Shown here one piece after another: positions 1 to 13,680 of a DNA stretch of 64,000 bases. Each line of letters starts with the position of its first letter. Position 1 is the first letter of the stretch. A program made the position numbers and the translations under genes. This stretch comes from Octopus sinensis (lineage: Eukaryota). The notes beneath the pieces were generated by a model. That model ran no database searches. It saw only the letters and a list, made by a program, of their open reading frames with translations, and had not been told where the DNA came from. The stretch lies in the NCBI RefSeq assembly GCF_006345805.1, contig NC_042997.1, forward strand, positions 153,636,001-153,700,000, read 5' to 3'.

Positions 1-400
1 TATTTTTTACTTGTCTCAGTCATTTAACTGCGGCCATAATGAGGCAATGGCTTGAAATTTTAGTCGAATGTATCGACCCCAGTACTCATTTGTTAAAAGC
101 CTGATACTTATTCTATCGATCTATTTGCCGAACCGCTATGCTAAAGGGACGTAAACACACCAACACCGGTTGTCAAGCGGTGGTGGGAGCACAAGCACAG
201 ACACAAAGATACACTCACATTGATACATACATATACATATTTACGACGGACTTCTCTCAGTTTCCGTCTACCAAATCCACTCACAAGGAGCTATAGTAGA
301 AGACACTTGTTCAAGGTGCCACGTGGTGGAACTGAATCCGGAATCATTTGAATCATTTGGTTGGGAAGCAAGCGTCTTACCATACAGCCGCGCCTGCGCC
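1..400 (-). mobile_element. tRNA-derived SINE, family A
   Basis: Reverse complement starts with a tRNA-like head (GGCGCAGGCGCGGCTGTATGGTAAG...). Body (TTTCCGTCTACCAAATCCACTCACAAGG; ACCGGTTGTCAAGCG) recurs at 13.7k, 21.8k, 43.7k and 63k. Confidence 0.85.
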
Positions 401-566
401 TACATTATTCGAAAGGAAAAATTTTCGTTGTTCGGATTTAAATTTATATAGATCAACATACATAGAAATCATGCTTACTTATATCGCTCTAACAGTATTT
501 GTAACAAAACCGAAAAATAGTTATATTTTACACAATATATTTTGACATGATATTCAGAAATGTTAG

Positions 567-762
567 ACGGCGAGCTGGCAGAATCGTTAGGCGAAAGGCT
601 TCGCAGTGTTTCGTCTGCCGTCACGTTCGGAGTTCGAATTCTGCCGTGGTCGACTTTCCCTTTCATCTTTTCGGGGTCGATTAATTAACTACCAGTTACG
701 CACTGGGGTCGATGTAATCGACTTAATCCCTTTACCTGTCCTTGTTTGTCCCCTCTATGTTT
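567..762 (+). mobile_element. tRNA-derived SINE, family B
   Basis: GGCGAGCTGGCAGAATCGTTAG head, GAGTTCGAATTC B-box, and a body shared with 11.2k, 28.6k, 59.7k and 62.1k. Confidence 0.85.
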
Positions 763-1277
763 AGATATTCAGAAATATATATATTTTTTTTCATTTAAAA
801 AATCTGATCTTCGAAACCCTAGTACGCAGTTTTAAATACCAAGGAAGATAGAAATAATTCATTCTTTCATTATTTCAGGAGTTATGCACTATTTATGTGA
901 CAGTTTCCTTTAATAAATTTGAAATATATTCAAACAATATAAAAATTAATAGCCCGATTTAGCAACCCATAAAATGTTTGAAGTATATACGAATATGAAT
1001 TAAAAACAATGAAAGAATAAATTATATTTTATTTTCCATCGTACTTGAAACCATACATACAAGTTTTAATGAGGAATTTTAATAAACTCAACATTTCAGC
1101 GTTCGGTCTATGTATGTTTGATTTATATGAGACGTGGGAGAAAGTATATGTGAGTGATTGACCGAGAGAGGGGTTAAAGATAGATGGTTAAAGAAGTGAT
1201 AAGCTGACAGCGTTTCTATACTCTTGTTCAATGACTACATCATTATAACATTCAGTCTATCTCTCTCCTATATATAT

Positions 1278-1387
1278 TGGCCTGCTCGCTTAGCTAGGGA
1301 TGGCGCCATTTGAAGGCTAAAACAATGCGAAGCGCATTGTGACCAGCGATGTGTAGCAACAATCTGATAGCCTGGTCGGTCACGGTG
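1278..1387 (+). mobile_element. SINE 3' fragment
   Basis: Near-identical to 53915-54027 (GGCCTGCTCGCTTAGC...GGTCGGTCACGGT), followed by (TA)n. Confidence 0.7.
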
Positions 1388-1390
1388 TTG

Positions 1391-1442
<52 letters not shown>

Positions 1443-1469
1443 GTTTTATATAAATATTTTAATTTTTTT

Positions 1470-3500
1470 ATTTATGCGTTTCAGCCAAGTGGCTGCGGTA
1501 GTGCTGGAGCACCACCATGACTTTCCTTCCTTATGCTTAGCTCCCAGCACGTTCCTTGCATGGCTCTTCTCCGCCACCTGATGTAGTCCAATCAACACTT
1601 TCGATGGCACATCTGGTGTATAAGAGAATTTGACATCGTGCCCTCAACTGTGTCTCATTTCGAGCCATCGGTTCGTCTGGTATCATGGATAGGAAAGTGT
1701 CGAGTTTTGTTTTGAAGACCTCTACATCCATGTCTTGCAGGTCTCTCAATTGTTTTAGCAGGGCATTAAAGAGCTGAGGTCCTCTGAAACCGAGGCTGTT
1801 GCAGCACCTTGTTCTTACGTGAGATGCAGTGGACGGTACCCTTGGTACTATGCAGTGGCGACCTCTGCGGGCATTCGTGTAGTACTTGATGACAAAGTTT
1901 GGTACCAGTCCTTCCAGTATTTTCCATATGTAAATTATTACATATCTCTCCCGCCTGCGCTCCGGGGAGTAGAGACTTAGTGCCTTCAGTCGCTCCCTGT
2001 AGTTCATCTGCTGGACTGTGGCGATCTTTTTTGTATAGTGACGCTGAATTGCCTCGAGTTCTGCTGTCAGCTTGACACTGTGTGGTGACCACAACTGAGA
2101 GCAATAGTCTAGGCGGCTCAGAACAAATGTCTTCCATAGAGTCAACATGACATTTTAATCCCTTGTTCTGAATGTCTTAAGTATCCACCCTGCCAGTTGT
2201 CTGCACTTTGCTGTCAACTTGACAATGTGCATGTGAAATGATGCATCACTACACACTCTGATGCCCAGGTCTCTCACTGTTTGTGATTCTGGGACTGCAG
2301 TACCTCCAAGTCCTGTGTATGCCAATTGGGGGACACTTGTGGCCTTGTAGCGCAGTACTTGAAATTTGTTATCATTGAACCGCATATTATTTTGCTCTGC
2401 CCACTTGTATGATGCATTTAGGTCATTCTGCAGGCTTATGACATCATCAGGATTCTTTATTGCCTGAGATAATTTTGTGTCATCAGCGTAGCTAGTGACA
2501 ATGGCTGTCCGAGTGACCGTGGGCATGTCCAGAAGTGCTACTATGAACAGTAGTTGCCCCAGGACAGTTTCTTGTAGAACACCGCTCAATATTTGCGTTT
2601 CCCTAGATAATTCCCCATTGGCTGCAACTGTCTGACTTCTACCATCCAGGAAGTCATGCAGTCACTCTCCTAATTTACCAGCTATGCCAAGGTTTCGCAG
2701 CTTGTGACATGTCATGTCATGATCAATTTTATCAAAGGCTTTTGCAAAGTCGAGATATATCACATCAACATTTGAATGGTCAAGTAGCTGCCCCAGGACC
2801 CAGTCATAATGCTGCAAGAGCTGCGTGAGGCAGCTTCTACCTGGACGGAAACCATTCTGGGTCTCATTCAGCAAGTCATTTTCTTCTAGGAACGCAATCA
2901 ACCTCCTTCTGAAAATTCGTTCCATGACTTTGCTAATATGTGAAGTCAGAGAGATGGGCCTGTAATTCCCAGCCTCTGCTCTGCTTCCACCTTTGTGGAT
3001 TGGACATATGATGCCTTCCTTCAGCTTTTGGGGAAGTTTACCAATTGCAAGGAAATTCTGGAAGAGTATCTGGAGTGGTTCCGCTAATTCTTATTTACAT
3101 GACTTTAGGAGGACAGCAGGGAAACCATCGGGGCCAGTTGCCGAATTTGAGCTCATTTCGTTTATGGCCACTATTATATCTTCCTCTTCAATGTCAATGT
3201 AGGTAATTGATGCAGTCTTTTTCTGCTGAGTGATATTGTCAAAGAAATCAGCTGGGTTCTTTATCTGCATGTGACTCAGAGGAGAAGTGAAAACACTCTT
3301 GAATTGTGCACTGAGCACTTCACTTATCCATTTGAGGTCCGCAGTCAGTGAGCCATTAGGCAGGAATAGGGGTCCTATTTTGTACTGTGCCGTGGCAATC
3401 TCCTTTGCAAATCTATAGAAAGCCTTGGGGTTTGTTTTGTTTTTGTTTTTTTTTTTTGCCTTTTACTGCACTCTTCTCCTTCTCCTTCTCCTTGTATATG
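1470..3500 (-). mobile_element. 5'-truncated CR1/jockey-group LINE, disrupted reverse transcriptase
   Basis: Consecutive ORF pieces: SATGPDGFPAVLLK, QNGFRPGRSCLTQLL, YLDFAKAFDKIDH, SGVLQETVLGQLLF, SYADDTKL, RRRERY..IWKIL, GPQLFNAL. Broken by stops and frameshifts; 3' tail near 1470-1530. Confidence 0.92.
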
Positions 3501-3502
3501 GT

Positions 3503-3840
3503 GGTGACCCCCTTCGGTCAGACACTGACCATGGGTTTGCACCTTGAGAGTTACCCTCTGAGGCACAAGTCTGGGCAAGGTTGTTTTATGGAAGACCAGC
3601 AGTCGCCTATGCATACCGGCCTCCCCTCTCCACGTCACCGATGTTGTCCAAGGGAAAGGCAAGGGCCGATACAGCTTGGCATCTGTGACGTTGCAACTCA
3701 TTTCTACAGCTGAGTGAACTGGAGCAACATGAAATAAAGTGTCTTGCTCAAGAACACAACACGCAGCCCGGTCCGGGATTCGAGCTCACAACCTCACGAT
3801 CGTAAGCTCGACGCTCTAACCACTGAGCCACGCGCCTCAC
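3503..3840 (-). mobile_element. tRNA-derived SINE, family C
   Basis: Head GAGGCGCGTGGCTCAGTGGTTAGAGCGTCG...CTCGAATCCCGG; homologous to 33722-34062 and 50612-50935. Confidence 0.85.
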
Positions 3841-3889
3841 TCCTTATATATATATATATATATATATATATTAATATAATATATATATT

Positions 3890-3932
<43 letters not shown>

Positions 3933-3976
3933 TATAATACTATATATATATATATATATATATAATACATATAATA

Positions 3977-4016
<40 letters not shown>

Positions 4017-4044
4017 CACATATATATATATATATATATATATA

Positions 4045-4144
4045 NNNNNNNNNNNNNNNNNNNNNNNNNNNNNNNNNNNNNNNNNNNNNNNNNNNNNNNN
4101 NNNNNNNNNNNNNNNNNNNNNNNNNNNNNNNNNNNNNNNNNNNN
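4045..4144. other. Assembly gap of 100 N
   Basis: Run of exactly 100 N adjoining a (TA)n tract. Confidence 1.
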
Positions 4145-5122
4145 CCGAGTAATGTAACATATTGTATAGATAAATTTCCTCTATTTACATAATATTGAGG
4201 TCTCTTTCTTTCTTTTGTTATCTTACCGTTTTAATCAATATATATATATATATATATATATATAGATATATCGGATGTATGTACGCATGTGTGTATTAGG
4301 TTCTACACCAGGTAATGTCATGATGAACGAGTGCAACATACAGGAATGTTATATCTGTATGCATAACTACATACACATACACACACACACTTGTGGGTTG
4401 AGGTGGGGGTCGGGTGTGTTCATGTAAATACACATGCACAAGACATACAAATATAGATATATGTATAGCTGTCTAAGGATCCTCAACTCATGAAATTACA
4501 GGCACTCGTACATCTGTTGACAGATCGATAAAATCAGCCGATTTTACCAATCGGTTTCGCACACGAGTTAGGATAGAAACCATTCACCGCGCTCATCAAA
4601 AGGGCTCCTTCATCAGAATAGAAAGAAGATGATGAACGATAAAGGGATAAAGTAATATATTGGAAAAAAATAATATATAAGGTAAAATGAAATAGCTCAT
4701 AAATCAACCATTATTGCTCGGCTGATCTGAAGTTGGGGTGGGGGTATTTTGTGTGGGTGACCTTTGTGAATCGTCGGCTGGCTGGCTAGTTTCAGTTCTC
4801 CAGTAAAAAAAAATGAGCCCAAGTTATACATTTCCGATCAATCATATATGATACGCATTCTAATTAGTTTTTCGATTCTAAGAAGATTTTTTTAATACGA
4901 AATAGTTTAACCACGAACTAGCTGTTATGAGAGTAAATATATAATAGTGCATTAGTAATATATCCACTCTGTTATTTCATATACTATTATGCTCTTTTTC
5001 ACGAAGTGTTGAAAACTTTTAGTGTATGTGTGTGAGTATGTATGATCATGCGTGGATGCAAATATTTATATGCATATATCTTTTATGTATATATTTACAT
5101 AAATGCATTCATGTGGGTATCA

Positions 5123-5197
<75 letters not shown>

Positions 5198-5200
5198 AAG

Positions 5201-5247
<47 letters not shown>

Positions 5248-5272
5248 GTAGGTGTGATGTACAGAAATTGAA

Positions 5273-5500
5273 TATTGAGAAAAAAATGTTGTCAGAATTT
5301 TGGAAAAAAATCGTTTTCTTTTTTCATTATTATTAGCGCTTTCGTTCCTTTCTTGAGCTTGTCGAATAAAATTTTGTGAATGTATACCGTATTTTTGGGT
5401 GAGGTTCCATGACTAATTTGAGAAACCAAAGAAAGCGCTAATAATAATGAAGAAATAAAAACATTTTTTTCGAAAATTCTGACGACTTTTTTTCTCAATA
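5273..5500. mobile_element. Foldback/MITE-like element with ~70-bp imperfect terminal inverted repeats
   Basis: 5273-5343 (TATTGAGAAAAAA...ATTATTATTAGCGCTTTC) is the reverse complement of 5431-5500 (GAAAGCGCTAATAATAAT...TTTTTCTCAATA). Confidence 0.65.
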
Positions 5501-6088
5501 TATATATATATATATATATATTTGTGTGTGTGTGTAGTTATACATATGTCTGTATGTGTATATATATGTGTATGTGTGTAAATAAGTGTGTACATGCACA
5601 CACGCACACGTCAAGGTCACCAGCCCTCTTCCACATGCACATGTATTCTCTCTTATACACACACACGCGCACCTTCATTTTGGGATCACCATTACTTTAT
5701 TATCTCCCCTTCTTCCTAGCTCTTCTGTGTGACCGCTCTGTCCGGCATTCGCCATGATAAATCGTTACACCTTCTTTATTTTCTCTCCCTGTTTCTTTCT
5801 GTGTTCCTTTCTGTGGAAGAGCGTAGACTCGAAACGTTAAAGACTTTCTCACTTCCCGAGCGTTAAACTAATACATCTGTTTTTTGTCTACACCACTTGT
5901 CTTCGTCCTTTATTTTTTTTTTGTGAATTCTCCCTGTATATATGGATATGTATATGTATATATGGATATGTATATGTTATATATCATGTGTAAATATGTA
6001 TGTATGTATGTATGTACGCATACATACATACATACATATATAATATACATATATATATATATATTACATATATATATTTATATATATA

Positions 6089-6121
<33 letters not shown>

Positions 6122-6156
6122 AATATCTATATATATATATATATATAATATATATA

Positions 6157-6204
<48 letters not shown>

Positions 6205-7717
6205 CTATATAATATAGTGTTGGGTGTATTTGCAAGTATTGTTAGTATTATTTCTTGTAGTTACAGCTACTTTACATTCAGATAATTAAAGTTACATTAC
6301 TTATATGCCGTTAATTAAAGTTTCTTGCTTGAAAGCAATCTTTGGTCAGAAGTAGGTGCCAGAAGTAATTACGAAACTGTCGTTTGTTATAATATTTGTG
6401 TGACATCGTGCGGAGAACAGCAAGTTACTTACATCCGATGTTGGGGTAACTTCCTGCATGGCAACAATTTATATTCGTTATCACAATTTGCTTAAAATAC
6501 CATGTTAATATTTGTCAAGTAATATTTATTCACGTTTCTTCAATTGTTCTTGTTTAAAAACGATTTATCTTTCAACATGATTTGCTATTTACTTCGTTGC
6601 AGAAATTTTACATCATATGCTGTTGATATATTTATTACTAAATGGCAATATAGACAATGGTACTTGACAGTTCTTGACTCAAAACTCTTTTAATGGCCAC
6701 AAGTATTTAGAAATGACTGTAGCTTTTCTCTCAATTCTGTATTTCAAATTTGAATTAATGGCTTAGATAACTTTTCCTAAAAATTCTTTCAAATATTACA
6801 ATCTGTGATGTATTTCATACACTGTTGGTCCTATAACATAAGCTGCTTCGATGCAATTTTTCTTTGCTTTTTTTTTTATTTTGGCGTTTTTGTTTCTGTT
6901 TGTTTTTTGTTGTTGTTGTTTTTTTCGCATTTCCGTGCGAAACTGCATGAATATCACTAAACATCTGCTGTATGATGTCTCAAAAGGGCTATAACAGGCA
7001 AATCTTAACGGACCTGAGCAAGGACAGAAAGGCGTGTGTGTGTGTGTGTGTGTGTTCAAACGGAAAGCGTTCAAATACTCTATCATAATCCGAGGTATGG
7101 CTAACCGCAACGAATGATAAGGAGCGCCCTAGGATTATTCGAGGTAAAACAATCATCCGATGGGTAAATCCTGAGTTCGCTTCTTTGAATTATAAACAGT
7201 TTACAGAGTGTGGTATGTTCAAAACAGTTCAATCAATAAGAAGAATAATACATTTACGCATTCTTTATTATTACAGTTATTCATACAGTATATTTAATAT
7301 AAATCTTTCCGACACGTGTTTCTGCTGCATGGATACCTCGTGATGTAGTTTTTATTTGCATCCAGTTTGTTCATCTGATTAAGAGTCTAAGCAGCTTTAT
7401 TCAATTGGGTGCACACTGCTGTGGCTTGAATCGAACAAAAAGTATATTAGTTTAGGTGGTATTATATTTGATAAGAGACGGTATTTTTTGAGTTCAAAGA
7501 ATTTAAAAGGGGCATTTAGAAACTTGAAATTGCTATAAAAACATTTATCAGGATGATCCTATGATAACCCTAAGGTTTGAAATAACCATCCTCGATGATA
7601 GAGAATATACAACAAAGAATAAATTATTTCAAATGTGAAGTTTTACATACGAAGAATACAAATTATTTGGATAAGAGTTATTGCTAGAATACAGGCAAAC
7701 TTGATATTGCACTAACG

Positions 7718-8782
7718 TTCCCGGACTAGTTCTGTAGCGCACCAACAGATGGCAGTACACGGTTGCGTACACAGAGAAAGCTAGCAGTGACCTTCATGAG
7801 GCAGTGTTCCTGATGAATCGCTGAGTTTACTTCACAAGTCGTGAAATTTGTTTTTGTGATCACGTATATGCTGTAGTCTGCGATTTTGTCATGAACACGA
7901 AATTGGAACAAAGAGCCAACGAGAAATTTTGCGTTACACTTGGAAAGTCTGCTATAGAGTTACTGAACAAGCTTTGGCAAGCTTGTGACGATGAAGCAAT
8001 GGATCGTACGCAATTTTTCAAGTGGTAAGAAGGAGAAAGAAGACATGCACTCAACACCAGAGCTGAAGACACCTCCGAGTAGGGGCCGAAACCGGACGTG
8101 GTTCCTCCAGATGATGTTTTGAGCTAACTGGATTCTATAAATGAGCTGTTGTGGTAGCAGATCACGAAACATGGTTGAAATTCCTCGGGTGTTTTAGAAG
8201 TGGAAGGACGTCCCTCGAAGATGATGTGCGATCTGGAAGAACTGTCACGATCGTCTCCCCTGGAAATGTGATACTGTGCATCGAAAATTCGACCCCCAGG
8301 GCCAGGCCGTCAATCGAGAGTTCTACTGTGATGTTTTGAAATTTTTGAAGGAGGAGATTCGGCGAAAGCGACCGGATCTGTGGAGCACGAAGGATTTGAT
8401 TCTTCACAGCACAGTGGATCCTGTCAACAAGTTCTCCTCATTCGTGAGTTTCTCGCCAAAAACAATATGGCATCGCTTCCACACCCACCCTATTCGCCAG
8501 ATTTAGCACCTGCAGACTTCTATCTCTTCTCGAAGATGAAAATCCAGCTCAAAGGTCGCCGTTTTAACACCGTTGTCGAGATCCAGAGCGAATCGCAGAA
8601 GGTCTTTGACTCGCTTACGGAAAACGACTTCCGGGCCGAATTGCAGAAGTGGCAGAAATGTTGGAACTGCTATACTGCTGCGCGAAGTGACTATTTCGAA
8701 GGATATGGTGTTAAAAGTTAGGTAAATCAGTTATATTTTATTAAACATAACTGGTCCGGGAACTTTTTGATACTACCTTGTA
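7718..8782 (+). mobile_element. mariner internal-deletion derivative with a ~165-bp insertion
   Basis: N-terminal LEQRANEKFCVTLGKSA and RSGRTSLEDDVRSGR; C-terminal HPPYSPDLAPADFYLF and DYFEG; right TIR CCGGGAACTTTTTGATACTACCTTG then TA; partial left TIR. Confidence 0.88.
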
Positions 8783-9671
8783 TTTTCCATGTATATTACA
8801 ATTATATAGAATATAGTCAGCACAGCAGTATGGAATCACTGATCTATCAACTTGATATAGACCAATGTTAGGGATAGGAATTTAGTGCTTTTGTGTATCT
8901 AGTATGTATAAGCCAGCTAAGTCACATATATCAGCGTTATCTATTGAGGCATCAAATAGATCCACTTATTCAGATTTTTATTTATCCAAGCTGACTCTCT
9001 TTCAAAGAGCGAGCTTTTGTGTGTGCATGATCATCTCGATATCTGATTCATCGATGCTGACGCATCTGGCAAATTCAATAGCCTTGACAAATTGTGAGAA
9101 TCTAAATCTAAACTTACTCTTTACACTTTCGAAACACTTGATGAATGTGCTCTTGAGCTACTGTTTCCCACGGTAGGAGCTCAGTTATTTTCCTAATCTT
9201 GTTTATATCTTTCAGTAGTTTTTAGTTACTAATCCTTACTCAGTATTCACAGGGTTTATTAGTCTATAAATAGGCTTACTCGTGAAATCATATTTACGAT
9301 CTTTTAACGTGTGAATGCCTTTCACTTTTAGTTAAACATTCTATCTAGTTATCTATCGCATTCCATTTGGTTAGATATTTAGCCCTTTCTGTGTAGCAAA
9401 AAGGCAAGACATTCTGCCTTAGTGGAAGTGCCACAATAGTTATCTAAATTTTAAACTGATATATTCACCCATATATATCCATTGAGATGAGTTTACTGGA
9501 ATTAACTGGGGGATACAATCTACACCAGGGTGAATACATCACAAACCATCATGCCAGCCGCAAAAAAAGCACTGCTGTTTTTCCAATCAGTTAAAAAAAT
9601 CTCCACTTAGATCCAAAATTTACACAGTGCACATAAGAGAAAGCTTTCTCTTATGTGGTGCTATTGAGTTA

Positions 9672-9725
9672 GTCATGGCCTGGGCCGAAAATAGCCGAAA
9701 CCAATCTAAGTTATCAAGTTATCAT
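9672..9725 (+). mobile_element. Isolated 3' tail of a CR1-like LINE
   Basis: CATGGCCTGGGCC...GCCGAAAC plus short tandem tail, matching tails at 13.6k, 17.05k and 17.35k; runs into (TA)n. Confidence 0.65.
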
Positions 9726-9743
9726 ATTTACATATATATATAT

Positions 9744-9818
<75 letters not shown>

Positions 9819-10043
9819 AAGTATGTGGTCGAGCTAGTTGACAGGTGATCTAAACGATTAGATACGCAAGGGAAGTGCTGTAACGGATTACTAGGGCTCA
9901 AAGATTATAGCAGAGACGGTAGTTATGGAGCCATTGCAAATTTCCGATGCAGCGGGTATATTATTGTTAAAGGGGACAACAAATGTTAAGGGAAGGCAAA
10001 CATCTCAAGACATATGCATTATTATTATTGGAAAAAATTCAAA

Positions 10044-10099
10044 GTCTTACAGCTGTTTCTGGGATATCCCCCTGCATAGGATATTCCGTCATCAGAGAC
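10044..10099 (-). ncRNA. Type I hammerhead ribozyme motif
   Basis: GUCU-CUGAUGA-[helix II with 2 mismatches]-GAAAC-AGCU-GUA-AGAC. Helix I is 4 bp; helix III ACAGCUGU is a perfect palindrome. Confidence 0.75.
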
Positions 10100-10149
10100 A
10101 AATAGGGAAAAATAGAGAAAATGATAATAGTATATATTAATGGAATGAA

Positions 10150-11110
10150 ATGACGACATAGAGGAAGGAGTAAAGGAATAAGGAAATGAAGAGAGGGAGA
10201 GAGAGAAAGAAGCATAAAAGTTCATAGTTCAACTTAACGATATTTGAGAAACAAATGCGTAAGCCCTTAGATGCAATCCTGCGTAGATTCATGTGGGTTA
10301 AAATCCTGATATTGTAAATATCCAGAGAAAAAAGACGCGAACACATCAACGTTCAATAACAGAATGGTAGCGGAGGTGGCTGTTAAGTGGTAACAGGAAA
10401 GAAAAGTAAATAAATAGAGAGAGGGGTGGATAGAGTTTGAGGATGGGGTGAAGTTAAAGATTGGCTTTAGGATAAAGTAAGGTATATAACCATATAGTGT
10501 CTAAGAATATTGTGTACAGGGGTAGTCGAGAAAATAAGAGAGAGAATGAAGAGGTAGAGGAAGTTGACGTAAAAAAATTAAACAAATTAGAGCAAAATGA
10601 AAGGAATTTAAAGAGAGTAGGAGGTGTCGGTGGTAGTCTTCTGGTCCATCGGTGTTGGGCGGAAATGTAGTAGTAAATGCTTGCATCTGTTCTGGCTAAG
10701 GTCAGTGGCTGTAGAGTTATTTTTAGCAATGGGTTTATGGTTATGTAGGTAGTCGAGAATGGAGGAGTTGGTTGAATGCTAATTTAGTTATGAGTGGGAG
10801 TTAGAATTAGATATTAGGTGATTTATTGGGTTATGGTTTAAAAAGAAATTGACGAGGTAAGGTAGATAGAAAAGATATAAGAGGTAAATATAAGAGAGAT
10901 AGAAGAGATATAGAGGGGTATGTGTTAATGATCATAGGAGTTTGTATGTGGGTGCTATTCGTTGGGGTGAACTTACATTTAGATTTATGAAAGAATTTAA
11001 AACTTCGGAAGAATTTGTGCTTACATGTAGTGAAGGTTTCGTTGAGTTCATTAAGCAATTGTAGTGCGTTATGGGTTAAAATTTTGAGAGCCTCTTTTAA
11101 GAAGAGTCCA
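10150..11110 (-). mobile_element. Highly degenerate LINE-like (jockey/I-like) remnant
   Basis: Strong strand asymmetry and weak resemblance of translated pieces to the LINE EN-RT linker and C-terminus; no catalytic motif recognised. Confidence 0.35.
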
Positions 11111-11171
11111 CAAATAGAGTGTTGGGAACCACTGTATTATAGGTACAATGCTTGAAATTTTAATGGGGGGG

Positions 11172-11340
11172 GGAGCTAGTCGATAGCATCGACCCTAGTG
11201 AGTAACTTACTTATTTTATCAACCCTGAAATGATGAAAGGCTATGTCGACCTCGGCGGAATTCGAACTCAGAACGTAATGACAGACGAAATGCCGCTGAG
11301 CATTTTACCGGCGTACTAACGATTCTGCCTACTCGCCACC
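11172..11340 (-). mobile_element. SINE family B
   Basis: Reverse-complement match to 567-762 and 59663-59899. Confidence 0.8.
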
Positions 11341-12009
11341 TTAATGATGATAATAAAAATAACTGTTTCAAATTTGGGGCACAAAGTCATAATTTTAAGA
11401 GGGTACAGGCGATTTCATCAAATTTAGTTGACGAGTCACATTTTTATCTCAGCTCGGAATCATCAAATGCAGATTCGATCGCGATGTAGTTTGAATTTAA
11501 AATTGGCCGTAACTATATACACCAAAGCATTGCTAGGCTTTGCAAATTATGTTTAAAATGCTAACTCAAGAAATCTAATTCATGTGACAATTTCATTTCT
11601 GTTTAATGAGTCTGTGAATGAATGGTAGGCCCATCTGAATGAGTTTATTGTCTATTTCTTAACGCTGGTCAAACTATCCAATTAAAAGATTGCGTGCCGA
11701 TGACTTCCTGAATATTCAACGTGGCGATTAACTTTTTGATTCTACTCTATAGAATATCTTCTGTGGTAATTAAGATATAATAATGCACAATTGTCAGCAG
11801 AAATACGTATTAAATCGATGAAGTTTTCAACACGGAATTCGACATTAAATGATGAGAGAAAATATAACAACTAAATTTAAGTTGATTGATTAAAATCTTA
11901 CTTGAACGATGATGGGGAATGAGAAGCCTGCCAACTACTTCCCTAAGGTTGTCACGTCGTGAACTCAATAGTAATGTAAACAGTTATTGATAATCATATT
12001 TCATCATCA

Positions 12010-12400
12010 AATTTGCTTTCATTCCCTACTCAATAATCAGCAATATAGCTTCCGTAGTGCCGGATCTGATAGAGACTTGCTTTCCTATGTAACTTACCAC
12101 TTATCCCGCAAGTTTACTGACAGTATCAAGTACTGTGTTGTTGAACATCAACAAATATTCTGGCCAGTCATAGCATAAAACTGAACACCATTTCTCATTT
12201 CTTGAATTAAAAGCTTTCTGCCCGACCGAAGCAAAATCTACCGGTGTGTTTTCCTCTGATCTAAATTTTACACTCCGGTGGACTCTAAGCTTCGGGGATG
12301 TCTGTTACACGTTTCTTTTACGTATTAACGATTTATTTGCTTCCGATTTTAACAATGTACAGATATCAATAATCAATGACTGTTGATATCTCATGGAAAA
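12010..12400 (+). pseudogene. Degenerate LINE RT fragment
   Basis: LLNNQQYSFRSAGSDRDLL resembles the QYGFR..RST.DLL RT motif; YINDL-like GTATTAACGATTTA near 12320. Confidence 0.55.
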
Positions 12401-12936
12401 TTCACATAAGCCAAAACACTGTCTCAAATGCTAATCTTGTTTTTAGGATCAGGTAATACTTCAATACTAGCGAGTTGCTAAAACCATTCAAACTTTCAGC
12501 AAGACCCTTATGTAGATTATAACTATATTTATTGGACAGTAACCCTGTTACACGGACAAACATACACATAGTTCCTTAACTACAACCAACAGGAAACCAT
12601 TGGAGTAAAAACTCAAAATATGCTACAAAACAGATGAACAAATGCTACGGCAATGCCTCTGAGCCACTGATCTAGCTAGTGGCATAAACTTTCTATTCAG
12701 ACACATCTGAAACGTAACGGCATCATCCCGTTACTCCTATTGAGTCATGGATCTCATTAAACCATTTACCCAATTCTTCTTGCAATAAGAGGGGGCTGTG
12801 TCAAAAATTCAGAAACAAGTCTTCGTATATATATATATGCATATATATATATATATATATATATATCTATATATATATCTATATATATATATATATATAT
12901 GTATACATATATATCCATATATAGGTATACATATAT

Positions 12937-12985
<49 letters not shown>

Positions 12986-13035
12986 TATAGATATATATAA
13001 TATATATGTATACATATATATATATATACATATAT

Positions 13036-13640
13036 AGGTATACACGGTCTCCTCACACAAGACAAAACATCTCCAGAATTGAGTCACCCCAGAGGGCATT
13101 CACTAAACAAATTGAAGGCGTGGCTGCTCTCGATTATTGGGATCGCCTTAAAGCCTTGAAAATTACTCCCCAGCATCGCCGTGAGCGGTACATCATTTGT
13201 ACGATGTGGAAAATATACCGCCAACTATGCCAAAAACGACACTAAACATTAGCTTCAAGGTTCATCCAAGACTTGGACCACGGGCTATACGTCCCCTGCC
13301 CAATTCAAGATCACAACATACATGTACACTGCAACATAATTTCTTTTCCTCAACAGGCCCTGCCCTATTTAACATTGTCCCGAAAGGGATCAAAGAGGAA
13401 AAGGATCCCATCAACTTTAAACGGAGTCTGGATAGATTCCTTCAAGGAATACCAGATAAGCCACCCATAATTGGATACAACTCACCCAACAAAAACTCAC
13501 TACTTGAATGGACCATAAACAAATCTTGACTTAAACAGGATTCAAATAATCCTATCAGGTGGTGCTATTAAGTTAGACATAGCCTGGACCAATCTTTGGT
13601 CGAAACATAACTAAGTTTTTTATTCTAAGTTACATGTATA
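13036..13640 (+). mobile_element. CR1-like LINE 3' fragment with tail
   Basis: [30 protein letters not shown] and GPALFNIVPK..FKRSLDRFLQGIPDKPP, followed by the conserved 3' tail. Confidence 0.88.
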
Positions 13641-13680
13641 TACACATATATATATACATACATATAGTTATATACATATA

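Noticed and set aside
4541-4620. Minus-strand CUGAUGA...GAAAC-CGAUUG-GUA with near-palindromic helix III
   Set aside because: Helices I and II do not pair convincingly; at best a decayed HHR.
6602-6659. Possible small exon (TTGCAG...ATG|GTACTT)
   Set aside because: Weak donor and no class B GPCR motif in any frame.
7305-7390. GAAAC-ACGU-GUC palindrome with upstream CAGAUGA
   Set aside because: No helix I or helix II pairing.
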